DNA of 64,000 nt from an uncultured Chloroflexia bacterium. GTDB lineage: Bacteria > Chloroflexota > Limnocylindria > Limnocylindrales > CSP1-4. Shown piece by piece: positions 40,503 through 49,305 of the stretch (position 1 is its first letter; the number at the start of each line of letters is the position of its first letter). The stretch lies in contig CAWCEC010000003.1 in the NCBI GenBank assembly GCA_963794525.1, positions 124,003 through 188,002 on the forward strand, written 5' to 3'. The notes under the pieces are model-generated. The model was not told the DNA's origin. It searched no databases and saw only the letters and a program-made list of their open reading frames with translations. The translations under genes were made by a program, and so were the position numbers.

Positions 40503-41647
40503 GCGACGAACGGCTGCGACGCTGGCGCCTGGCGCTCGGCGGTGGGGACGCTGATGGGACCGGCCTCGCCCTGGCGGGGGACGACCTGAAGCGCGACCAG
40601 GCCCTCGAGCGGCTGTACGACGCGGAGCGGACCGCCGGCATGGGCGCATCGTCGCCCCAGGTCGTCCGCTGGCTCGGCGACATCCGGACGTATTTCCCAT
40701 CGTCGGTCGTGTCGGTGATGCAGCAGGACGCGCTCGAGCGGCTGAACCTGCGCCGGATGCTCCTGGAGCCAGAACTGCTGGCGACGATCCAGCCGGACCT
40801 CAACCTCGCCACCGAGCTGATCGCGTTGGGCTCGGTGATGCCCGCCGAGACACGGACCACGGCGCGGGAGATCGTCCGCGAGGTCGTCGAGGACGTCATG
40901 CGCCGGCTGGAGAGCCCGCTGCGCCAGGCCATCAGCGGTGCCCTCAACCGGGCGGCGGTCACCCGACGCCCGCGCCAGCGCGACATCGACTGGGACCGCA
41001 CGATCCGACGGAACCTGCGTCACTACCAGCCGGACCTCAAGACGGTCATCCCCGAGACGTTGCTGGGACACGCCCGTCGATCGAACGCCCTGCGCGACGT
41101 CGTGATCGCGGTCGACCAGTCGGGCTCGATGGCTGCCTCGGTCGTGTACTCGTCTGTGTTCGCCGCCGTCATGGCGTCCATCCGCTCGGTGGAGACGAAG
41201 CTCATCGTCTTCGACACCTCGGTCGTCGACCTGACCGACGTGCTGGACGATCCGGTCGAGGTCCTGTTCTCGACCCAACTCGGCGGCGGCACCGACATCA
41301 ACCGCGCGGTGGGCTACTGCCAGACCCTCGTCGCCCGACCGACGGATACGATCTTCGTGCTCATCAGCGACCTGTTCGAGGGCGGCGTCGAGCGGGAGCT
41401 GATCGCCCGGGTCTCGCAATTGCTGGCCTCGGGCGTGACCGTGATCGTGCTGCTGGCGCTGTCGGACAAGGGCACGCCGTCGTTCGACCACGAGCTCGCG
41501 GCGAAGCTGGCTGCCCTCGGTGCCCCCGCATTCGCCTGCACGCCGGACCACTTCCCGGGTCTCATGGCCGCCGCCATCGAGAAACGCGACGTCGGCCGCT
41601 GGGCAGCAGAGCAGGGGATCGCGCTGGAGCGCCCGAAGGACACGTGA
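40499..41647 (+). CDS. VWA-domain protein (MoxR partner)
   Basis: MIDAS motif VVIAVDQSGSM in a C-terminal VWA fold. Overlaps the DUF5682 gene by 4 bp. Confidence 0.8.
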   Translation: MSDERLRRWRLALGGGDADGTGLALAGDDLKRDQALERLYDAERTAGMGASSPQVVRWLGDIRTYFPSSVVSVMQQDALERLNLRRMLLEPELLATIQPDLNLATELIALGSVMPAETRTTAREIVREVVEDVMRRLESPLRQAISGALNRAAVTRRPRQRDIDWDRTIRRNLRHYQPDLKTVIPETLLGHARRSNALRDVVIAVDQSGSMAASVVYSSVFAAVMASIRSVETKLIVFDTSVVDLTDVLDDPVEVLFSTQLGGGTDINRAVGYCQTLVARPTDTIFVLISDLFEGGVERELIARVSQLLASGVTVIVLLALSDKGTPSFDHELAAKLAALGAPAFACTPDHFPGLMAAAIEKRDVGRWAAEQGIALERPKDT

Positions 41648-41683
41648 CGACCGAGCCAAGCCCGTAACGCTAGGAGACCAGCC

Positions 41684-42331
41684 ATGTCACTCGCGCGCGT
41701 CCAATTCTTCTCGATCTCGCTCGACGGTTTCGGCACCGGCGAAGGTCAGAGCCTTGAGGCACCGTTCGGCCACGCCGGCGAACGGCTGCACGAGTGGATG
41801 TTCGTCACTCGGTGGTGGAGCGACAGGGTCGGCGAGCCGGGCGGCAGCGGCGGCGTCGACGACGCCTTCTTGCGGCTGCACGATCCGGGGATCGGCGCCG
41901 AGATCATGGGTGCCGGGAAGTTCGGCCCACCCGGATGGCACGAAGACCCGGAGTGGAAGGGCTGGTGGGGTCCCAACCCGCCATTCCACACCCCGGTCTT
42001 CGTCCTCACCCACCACCCGCGCCCATCGATCGAGATGGAGGGCGGCACGACGTTCCACTTCATCGACGCTTCGCCCGCCGAAGCGCTCGAGAAGGCCCGT
42101 GAGGCTGCGGGCGGCCAGGACGTACGACTCGGGGGAGGGGCCACCATGATCCGCGAGTTCCTTGCTGCACGGCTCGTCGACCATATGCACGTCGCGGTGG
42201 TCCCGATCCTGCTGGGCCGGGGCGAACGCCTCTGGGACGGACTGGAGGGCCTCGAGAAGGACTACGTGATCGAGGCAACCTCGTCGCCCAGCGGCGTGAC
42301 GCACCTGACGTTCACGCGCGCGGCTGTCTGA
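41684..42331 (+). CDS. dihydrofolate-reductase-family protein (RibD C-terminal domain / YwjB-like)
   Basis: Motifs ISLDGFGTG, GGGATMIREFLAARLVDHMHVAVVPILLG and GRGERLW. A paralog of the N-terminal domain of the frameshifted cyclase fusion. Confidence 0.8.
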   Translation: MSLARVQFFSISLDGFGTGEGQSLEAPFGHAGERLHEWMFVTRWWSDRVGEPGGSGGVDDAFLRLHDPGIGAEIMGAGKFGPPGWHEDPEWKGWWGPNPPFHTPVFVLTHHPRPSIEMEGGTTFHFIDASPAEALEKAREAAGGQDVRLGGGATMIREFLAARLVDHMHVAVVPILLGRGERLWDGLEGLEKDYVIEATSSPSGVTHLTFTRAAV

Positions 42332-42356
42332 AAGGCCTCATCCGATCGGAGGCGGT

Positions 42357-42391
42357 CTCAACAGTCCTCGGCAGCGGCCGGCGGGATCTCG
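42357..42391 (+). repeat. left direct repeat (33/35 identical to 46721-46755): a decayed copy of the 3' end of the lipoprotein gene; left boundary of the kinase-LanC cassette
   Basis: Reverse-complement translation gives ...ADEIPPAAAEDC*, versus the intact lipoprotein C-terminus ...AEIPPAAAEGC*. Weaker similarity extends about 80 nt further. Confidence 0.55.
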
Positions 42392-42504
42392 TCGGCTGAA
42401 TCGACGCGGCTGCCTTCCTAGCCGATTGACATCAGTGTCACGATGAAGGCGTTGCGGTCGCTGTCCAGCGTTCACGGCCCGTCGGCCGAACGAGGGTGTT
42501 GGTC

Positions 42505-43002
42505 ATGAGACAGTTCAGAGTCCGCGATCTGATGATCAACGTGCTGCCCGAGGGCGGGCTGCCGCCGATCTGCAGGGTGGTCACCCTGCTGGACTGCGCA
42601 AACGACACCGAGATGGTGGCTGATTGTGGGATCAGCCTCTGCCGACCTATCAGTCGGTGCGTGCAGGTCACACTCCTGGCGGCCTGCGACGCCGACGGCG
42701 GCTCGAGCTGTGACGCCTGCGTCACCAAGGGCACCGTCACCACGGGCGGATGCAAGCCAGGCACGGGCGGCAAGATCGCCGCCGACGTGGGGCAGTACCT
42801 CGATGAGCTGGCGATCCTCAAGGCGGAGCTCACGGCGACGTTGAGCCGGGTCGAGGCGCGGGAGCGGGTGGTCGAAGAGAGCTTGGGGCCGCAGAGTCTG
42901 GACGAGGTTCAGCAACTCGAAGAGAGGCTCACCGGGGCGCTGGAGGAGTTGCGCGCGCGCCGAACCGAGATCGAGCGGACGACGCCCAAGTCGGCCGAGT
43001 AA
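42505..43002 (+). CDS. Cys-rich small protein with a C-terminal coiled coil (hypothetical)
   Basis: GAGGG 9 nt before the ATG. 10 Cys in residues 23-85 (CRVVTLLDCANDTEMVADCGISLCRPISRCVQVTLLAACDADGGSSCDACVTKGTVTTGGC), then a heptad-like helix. Confidence 0.5.
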   Translation: MRQFRVRDLMINVLPEGGLPPICRVVTLLDCANDTEMVADCGISLCRPISRCVQVTLLAACDADGGSSCDACVTKGTVTTGGCKPGTGGKIAADVGQYLDELAILKAELTATLSRVEARERVVEESLGPQSLDEVQQLEERLTGALEELRARRTEIERTTPKSAE

Positions 43003-43014
43003 TCGGCGCGTCGT

Positions 43015-44226
43015 TTGGCCGCCGGGACCAACGCGCCGCGAGGAGATCCGGACGACCTCCTCGAGGCGACCTATCGCGCTAACCCACGGTACGCGCTCGT
43101 CCAGTTCGACCGTCTTCCGCCCGCCGAACAGGCGGCCCTTTCTGGCCTCGAGCTGGACCCAGACTTCTATGGAGTCCTCGTGTCTCGGGGACAAACAAAC
43201 CAAGGCGTGAAAGCGGTGGGCAGGGATGCAGCCCTGCTGTTTCTCACGTTGGAAACGCCCGGGAAGCTTCCCAGGTATGTGCGGCGCCAGTTCGGGGACA
43301 ACTACCGGCAAGCGATCGCGGAGCTAGTGCTCGACGGCCTTCTCGAGATCGAGGCGGATGGGGCGTTCGTTTCCGGCCCCGCGGCGCATCGACGCATCAT
43401 CGGGGACGGCGAGGCGGCAGCAGGCGGGATCCTCGCCCGCCGGTCGATCGAGGCGCTCGAGTACGCCCAGGCCCTCGAAATCACGGACAGCCGCACGCTC
43501 TCTGCGCGCATCTACGGCTACGGGCGACATCCCTTGTCACCGCAGCTCCATCGGGATTTCCCGACGCCCGCGGCCGTCTCCGAGTATCTGGGTGTCCATG
43601 CGAGGGATGCCACCGGAGCGATTCTGGCCAAGTCGTGGTTCGCGGTACCGTCTTCTCAACCGGGTGATATGTGGCTCGCGTGGAACTCGCGCTCCATACG
43701 CCGCAGGCCGTCGGCGTCCGAGCCCACCTACAAGCTCTACGTCAGCCCACAACCCGAGTCCATGCGAGATGCATTCCAGACGACGGTCCAGGTCATCTCC
43801 AAGATGGCCGCCCCGTCGTTCAAGGTGGGTGGGGATGTGTACGGGCTGCTGCGGCCGGACAAGCTCGTCATCTATTTCGAGAACGTTGACGACCTCCAGC
43901 GAGCATCGAGTGCGCTGACCGACCGCCTCCACGGTTGTCTCCCACATGGCGTTCCGTTCACTGCAGAGATCGCCGGCGATGGCCTGTTGTCGTGGGGGAT
44001 CGACCCCCCACGAGACCTGTCGATGCCGGGGTGGCAACAATCGGGGAGCTGGCGCATCTGGGTCACGAATTGGCTGGCCGTTGCGCTGCTCTCGGCGAAG
44101 GCCGCTGCCACGGACGCGGTCGAGCCGTGGATGTTCGCACTAGATCGTCTTCGATTGGATGGCGTTGACACGACATCATGGATCCCGACGCCGACGATCT
44201 GGCGTGACGCCGTTTCGAGCGGCTAA
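43015..44226 (+). CDS. hypothetical 403-aa protein, candidate partner of the downstream kinase-LanC protein
   Basis: Long ORF with coding GC3 and tight spacing to both neighbours. No confidently recognised domain from sequence alone. Confidence 0.55.
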   Translation: MAAGTNAPRGDPDDLLEATYRANPRYALVQFDRLPPAEQAALSGLELDPDFYGVLVSRGQTNQGVKAVGRDAALLFLTLETPGKLPRYVRRQFGDNYRQAIAELVLDGLLEIEADGAFVSGPAAHRRIIGDGEAAAGGILARRSIEALEYAQALEITDSRTLSARIYGYGRHPLSPQLHRDFPTPAAVSEYLGVHARDATGAILAKSWFAVPSSQPGDMWLAWNSRSIRRRPSASEPTYKLYVSPQPESMRDAFQTTVQVISKMAAPSFKVGGDVYGLLRPDKLVIYFENVDDLQRASSALTDRLHGCLPHGVPFTAEIAGDGLLSWGIDPPRDLSMPGWQQSGSWRIWVTNWLAVALLSAKAAATDAVEPWMFALDRLRLDGVDTTSWIPTPTIWRDAVSSG

Positions 44227-46630
44227 GTTGAACGACCCTGCCATCACTGCGCCGTTGCTCCTGCCGACGGACGTCGTCCTGACGCCGGTTGCCGAGCTAC
44301 CCGAGAGACTCCGAGAGCACTTGGAACACGTGGACGGGGACTACGCGATCGCTCGGCGCCGGTCGAGGGCCCCGACGAGGATCGTCAATTCGCACGCGGC
44401 GAAGCTCCTCGACCAGTTTCGAACGGCGACCACCATCGTCCAGGCCGTCATCAATTTCGGGCTGGCAACCGGCGAGGATCCCGCGGAGGTCCTTGACGCC
44501 TCTTATCCGATGCTCAAGCGCCTGCTGGACTCGAATGTTCTCGTTCCCGCGGAGTCCGACGCAGCTGGCGAGATCATTCAGTCGTACGCCGTTGGCGAAC
44601 GCATCGCCGGGTTCACGGTCCTGCGCTGCCTGCACGTCCTCGAAGACACGGAGCTCTACCAGGTCAGGGGCCCGAACGGTCAAGAGGTCGCGCTCAAGAT
44701 CTCGCGGTCTGATCCCTCGGCCGATCTGCGGCGCATGTTCGGGCGGGAGGCCTCCGTCCTTCGCCACCTGGAGGGCAGCGTCAGCCCCGGATTCCTTCAA
44801 GAGGGCCCATTCGAAGATCGGCTGTTCCTCGCGATGGGGTGGTGCGCCGGGGTGCCGGCGAACACCGTCGCCGCAGAGGTTCGCGAGGTGGGCCGCGGCG
44901 ATGGGCCACGACAACTCCTCGACCTCGGTTGCACGATCCTGGAACAGTACGCCCGTCTCCATGCGCGGAACGTCATCCACTCGGACGTTCACCAGTCGAA
45001 CCTGCTCATCGCCGCCGACGGATCGATCAAGATCATCGACTTCGGCCTGGCGCGCCTGCCTGACGCAAGCGAGCCCTTGGACCACGCTCACCGCGGCGGT
45101 GTCGGCTTCTACTTCGAGCCCGAGTGTGCCTCCGCCTTGCGCGCCGGCCGCCAGCCCCCGGAATCCAGCTTCCTCGGCGAGCAATATGCACTCGCCGCGA
45201 TGCTGTATTTCCAGTTCACAGGCGTGCATCAGCTCGACTACTCGCTCGAGCGGGACGAGATGCTTCGCCAGATCTCCGAAGATCCGATGCTGCCGTTCTC
45301 GAAACGCGGAGTCAGCGCCTGGCCCGATGTCGAGCGGATCCTCGCGAGGGCGCTGAGCAAGGAACCACAGGCGCGCTTTCCCTCCGTTGCCGATTTCGCC
45401 CGGGCGCTCCGCGGCGTCGAGGTCACGGGCGACCAGGGCGTCGCCGCCGGGCGCGGCCGGACTCCGACCAAGGGCATGTCGCCGGCTGCAGAGGATGTCC
45501 TACGTGATGTGCTTGACCGTGTCCAGATTTCCGGTCCGCTGCAGCAGACCGGGCTCGCCAGGCCGACTGCCTCGGTCAACTATGGTGCGGCCGGCATCGC
45601 ATACGCGCTGTACCGCATCGCCCGCGTCCGGGGCGATCCCGCGCTCCTCGCCCTCTCGGACGTCTGGGCGAGCCGGTCGACTCGCGACCTCGACGATGAG
45701 GCCGCGTTCGTCAATACCGACCTTCAGATCGTCCCGGAGGTCGTTGGTGCGATCTCGCCGTACCACACCGCGAGCGGTGTCCATTGCGTCCAGGCACTCA
45801 TCGCTCATGCCATGGGCGATGCGGCCGCCCAGCAGGGAGAGATCGAGCACTTCATCGCGGCATCGGCAGCGCCGTGTCCGGACCTCGACCTTACCTTGGG
45901 CCGGTCGTCCTCGCTGCTGGCCGCGTCGCTGTTGAGGGACACGGCCCCCGACAACGACAAGCTACTTGGGTTCGGCAACGCGCGTTTGGCGGGCATCTGG
46001 GAGGAGGTCGGTGTATTCCCGCCGATCCGAGAATTCGCCGATATCTCCTACCTCGGGATCGCCCACGGATGGGCGGGGATCCTGTACGCGACGATGCGGT
46101 GGGCCGAGGCGTCAGGCATGCCGATGCCCACCTCGCTCCGTGAGCGCCTCGATCAGCTGGCCGAGCTCGCCGAGCACAAGGGCCGTGGCATTCGCTGGCC
46201 GGTGTACACCGAGACTCGATCGCACAAGCTCGAGCCGTACATGGCCGGCTGGTGTCACGGCAGCGCCGGCTACGTCCATCTCTGGATGCTTGCACACCGG
46301 GCGTTCAAGGACGAGAGGTACCTCGGCCTAGCCGAAAGCGCCGCCTGGAACGCGTGGGAGGAGCCCGACGCGAACGGCAGCCTCTGTTGTGGCCTGGCCG
46401 GGCGGGCGTATGCGCTGTTGAACCTCCATCGAGCCACGGGTGGGTCCGAATGGCTAGGCCGTGCCCGCCATCTCGCGAACAAGGCGGCCGGCGGCATCAG
46501 GAGTCGGGACGTGCCGGTGAATAGCCTGTACAAGGGCGAGGTGGGCATCGCTGTCTTGGCCGCCGACCTCTCGAAACCCGAATGGTCTTCGATGCCCTTC
46601 TTCGAAGCTGAGGGCTGGTCGACGACCTAA
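44159..46630 (+). CDS. Ser/Thr protein kinase fused to a C-terminal LanC-like (lanthionine synthetase C-like) cyclase domain
   Basis: Kinase motifs VALKI, HSDVHQSNLLI and IIDFGLAR. LanC motifs GIAHGWAGILYA, GWCHGSAGY and SLCCGLAGRAYAL. Start uncertain: the ATG at 44159 overlaps the upstream gene by 68 nt; alternatives are GTG 44204 and TTG 44228. Confidence 0.8.
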   Translation: MALTRHHGSRRRRSGVTPFRAAKLNDPAITAPLLLPTDVVLTPVAELPERLREHLEHVDGDYAIARRRSRAPTRIVNSHAAKLLDQFRTATTIVQAVINFGLATGEDPAEVLDASYPMLKRLLDSNVLVPAESDAAGEIIQSYAVGERIAGFTVLRCLHVLEDTELYQVRGPNGQEVALKISRSDPSADLRRMFGREASVLRHLEGSVSPGFLQEGPFEDRLFLAMGWCAGVPANTVAAEVREVGRGDGPRQLLDLGCTILEQYARLHARNVIHSDVHQSNLLIAADGSIKIIDFGLARLPDASEPLDHAHRGGVGFYFEPECASALRAGRQPPESSFLGEQYALAAMLYFQFTGVHQLDYSLERDEMLRQISEDPMLPFSKRGVSAWPDVERILARALSKEPQARFPSVADFARALRGVEVTGDQGVAAGRGRTPTKGMSPAAEDVLRDVLDRVQISGPLQQTGLARPTASVNYGAAGIAYALYRIARVRGDPALLALSDVWASRSTRDLDDEAAFVNTDLQIVPEVVGAISPYHTASGVHCVQALIAHAMGDAAAQQGEIEHFIAASAAPCPDLDLTLGRSSSLLAASLLRDTAPDNDKLLGFGNARLAGIWEEVGVFPPIREFADISYLGIAHGWAGILYATMRWAEASGMPMPTSLRERLDQLAELAEHKGRGIRWPVYTETRSHKLEPYMAGWCHGSAGYVHLWMLAHRAFKDERYLGLAESAAWNAWEEPDANGSLCCGLAGRAYALLNLHRATGGSEWLGRARHLANKAAGGIRSRDVPVNSLYKGEVGIAVLAADLSKPEWSSMPFFEAEGWSTT

Positions 46631-46720
46631 GAGGCGCTTCCTCGAGCAGCGCTAGTGCGACCTCGTCGGGATACCAAGATGGGCCTGGTGCGCTCGTGGC
46701 TCCCACAGGTCTCCGACCGC

Positions 46721-46755
46721 CTCAACAGCCCTCGGCGGCGGCCGGCGGGATCTCG
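46721..46755 (+). repeat. right direct repeat, overlapping the stop and last codons of the lipoprotein gene 46722-47423; right boundary of the kinase-LanC cassette
   Basis: CTCAACAGCCCTCGGCGGCGGCCGGCGGGATCTCG versus CTCAACAGTCCTCGGCAGCGGCCGGCGGGATCTCG. Confidence 0.55.
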
Positions 46756-47423
46756 GCGAGTGGATCGCCGATCACGATGCTGATCACGTCGCAGTCGGCG
46801 ATCACGACGGCACGGGCGTCGGCGACCGGCTCGCCGTTGACCTGCGCCGCGACGGGCTTGTCAGGCGCGCAGAGATCGGCGAAGCACGTTCCGTCGAGCT
46901 TGACGCCCCAAGAGTCGGCGAACTGCCCGAGCGTCAGCTCGATCGGTTCCTCCGCCTCGAGGTGGACCGTGCCCGAGCAGTCGTGCGTGTGGAGTCCGGC
47001 GATGCGGTGCCCATCGTTGTCGATGCCGATCCCCGCGGGGACGATCTGGGGTTCGCCGTCGACGAACACGCCCACGTACGTATGCACGTGGTGACTGAGC
47101 CACTCCACCGGGTCGACGGGTACGCCGGCGGTTGCGGCGAGGTCGACCGTATCGTTTGCGACCGGCCATCGCGCATACGCGCATTCCTCGCTGAAGAACT
47201 GGTCGGGCGCCGAGAAGACCCGGCCATCCGCGGTCTTGTATGTGCCGTCCGGCTGCTGGACCGCGTCCGCGAGCTCCGGTGGTAGACCCGCGGCAGTCGA
47301 GGGCGCTGCCTGGCTGGGACTGGGCGGCGTCGAGGCAGTGGTGCCGGTCCCGCACGCGATCGAGCCCAACGCGAGGACGAGTGCGGCGCCGACGACGAGG
47401 ACGCGCGACCGAAGAACCCTCAT
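46722..47423 (-). CDS. lipoprotein with His/Cys-rich motifs (possible metal binding)
   Basis: ATG at 47423 preceded by GGAGGG. Signal and lipobox LVLALGSIACG; motifs HHVHTY and HTHDC. Its last 35 nt are duplicated at 42357-42391. Confidence 0.6.
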   Translation of the reverse strand: MRVLRSRVLVVGAALVLALGSIACGTGTTASTPPSPSQAAPSTAAGLPPELADAVQQPDGTYKTADGRVFSAPDQFFSEECAYARWPVANDTVDLAATAGVPVDPVEWLSHHVHTYVGVFVDGEPQIVPAGIGIDNDGHRIAGLHTHDCSGTVHLEAEEPIELTLGQFADSWGVKLDGTCFADLCAPDKPVAAQVNGEPVADARAVVIADCDVISIVIGDPLAEIPPAAAEGC

Positions 47424-47464
47424 GCCACCCTCCGAAGACGAGTCGACCGCCATCCTAGCCGGCC

Positions 47465-48019
47465 TCAGTGCCGGGTTCGGAGCAACTCAAGCAATGCCGT
47501 CGTCGTTTGCCAGCTGCGGATCGTCATCGATCGATAGGCGGGCGTTCCGATGATCTTGCCCAGTCGGCTCTTCGTTCGTTGCGAGCTGAGACGCTGCGAG
47601 TAGATGACACCGTTCACCCGGCCAAACCTGATCGACGCCTTCTCTCGGATCGAAGACTGCGAGTGCTTCTGCAGGATCAAGGTCCATCAGGAAGATGGCA
47701 TCGCTGTGATATCTGCTCGGCTGCTCACCGAAGCGCTTGGGTCGTTCTTGACGACGCCTTCGAGCTGATCGCGAGACATGACCAGCACCTTGATGAGTTC
47801 AGCATCCAGCTTGAAGGCCTTCGGTAATGCCTCCTCGATCTGCGCCTTGATGGCAGCAGGTCGCTTCGCGGATTCCAGGAACACGTTGCCGCTGGCGATA
47901 TAGGTCGAGACCTTCGAATACCCCATGTCTTCCAGGAGGGTCCGCAGGTCCGCCATCGGCACCCGGTTCTTGCCGCCGACATTGATCCCTCGAAGAAGCA
48001 CCAGATAGGGTTGCGTCAT
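47465..48019 (-). pseudogene. DUF1697-family protein, lower-GC paralog with two frameshifts
   Basis: N-terminus MTQPYLVLLRGINVGGKNRVPMADL matches the intact copy at 49306-49866. The middle and C-terminal segments appear in the two other frames (ORFs 47487-47687 and 47465-47680). Confidence 0.6.
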
Positions 48020-48126
48020 CTCACCTCCCTTCGAGTCGGTTTGGGGCCAGCCTAGCGAAACCGGTCGCTCGCGACGGACGTACCGGTCGGCACACGCGTG
48101 CGTTCGAGACTCCTGGGAGGCGACCG

Positions 48127-49230
48127 ATGCGCAGTCCGATCAACTTGCGGATCGCCAGCGTGAGCGTGGGGGCGGTCCTGGCTATGGGGCTCGTCATCAC
48201 GAGCACGGCGGGAGTCGATGCCAAACCACCCAAGCCCACGCCGAAGCCGACGCCGACGGCGACATCGACGCCCACGCCGCCCTCTGTCTCGGCCACGGTC
48301 GAGATCGCCCCGACCGGAACGCTGGAGCCGAGTCGCCAATACAGCAACGTGGATGTGACGGTCACGTGTCCGACAGGCTGGACGTGGGTCCGTGGCGGCC
48401 TCTACGTGCGGCAGGCAGATCCCGGGGGCGCCGGCAGCTTCAGCGCTTCGTGCACAGACTCGCCGCAGATCGTGCGCGTCAGGGTCGTGAACGGGAACAA
48501 ATGGACGCTCGGCAACGCGACCGCACAGGCCTTCGTCACCATCGCGCGGAGCGGCCGTGAAACACAGGTCAGCAGCACGCGCACGATCAGCCTGCAGCCC
48601 GGCGTCACCGCGCGGATCGCGGACCAAGGCCAGCTGACGGGTACCGGAGGCGGCGGCGTGAAGATCGCGGTCGCCGCGGCCTGCCCGACCGGAGCGACGG
48701 GCCAGCCATCGTCCATCTCGGTATCCCAGGGCGGCACGGCGCAAGGCTCCGGGACCTTCACGCCGCTGTGCGATGGCACGTCGCGCACGTTCGTCGTGTC
48801 GATCGGGACGTCCACGGGACCGTTCCACACGGGGAGCGCGACGAGTGCGGCATCCGCCACGGTCGCGTGGAATGGCCAGAGCTTCGACGGGACCGATAGC
48901 CGCGGGATCACGCTGCTCGAGTCCTCGACGGGTGACACGACACCGCCGACCCCACCCAACGGCCTCAGTGCGAACGTCTTCGGAGACGGCGAGACGTGGC
49001 TGTCCTGGGGTGCGTCGACCGACAATGCCACGCCGACAGGCCTGATCGTGTACGAGGTCTTCCTGAACGGTCGATTCGACCAGGGGACCGGCGGCGGCTA
49101 CACCCAGGCGATCCTCTATGCCGATCTCGGAGTCATGAACACGATCGAGGTCGTTGCCGTCGACGGCGCGGGAAACCGGTCAGCGCCAGCATCCGTGACG
49201 GTCGACTGCACCTCCGGTGGCTGCCAGTGA
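48127..49230 (+). CDS. secreted protein with a Pro/Thr-rich linker and a C-terminal fibronectin-III-like domain
   Basis: Signal peptide, a KPPKPTPKPTPTATSTPTPP linker and an FN3-like tail (PPTPPNGLSANVFGDGETWLSWGAST...YEVFLNG). Confidence 0.6.
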   Translation: MRSPINLRIASVSVGAVLAMGLVITSTAGVDAKPPKPTPKPTPTATSTPTPPSVSATVEIAPTGTLEPSRQYSNVDVTVTCPTGWTWVRGGLYVRQADPGGAGSFSASCTDSPQIVRVRVVNGNKWTLGNATAQAFVTIARSGRETQVSSTRTISLQPGVTARIADQGQLTGTGGGGVKIAVAAACPTGATGQPSSISVSQGGTAQGSGTFTPLCDGTSRTFVVSIGTSTGPFHTGSATSAASATVAWNGQSFDGTDSRGITLLESSTGDTTPPTPPNGLSANVFGDGETWLSWGASTDNATPTGLIVYEVFLNGRFDQGTGGGYTQAILYADLGVMNTIEVVAVDGAGNRSAPASVTVDCTSGGCQ

Positions 49231-49305
49231 AGCGTCGAGCGTTGGCCAGGGAGGTTGGAGCCGCTCGCGCGACCTCCAGCAACACGGGGGAGTCGTGACC
49301 GGCGG

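Noticed and set aside
38079-41659. 873-aa and 604-aa minus-strand ORFs
   Set aside because: They are antisense to the DUF5682 and VWA genes, which have clear domain signatures and operon coupling. The minus-strand ORFs are Arg/Gly-rich.
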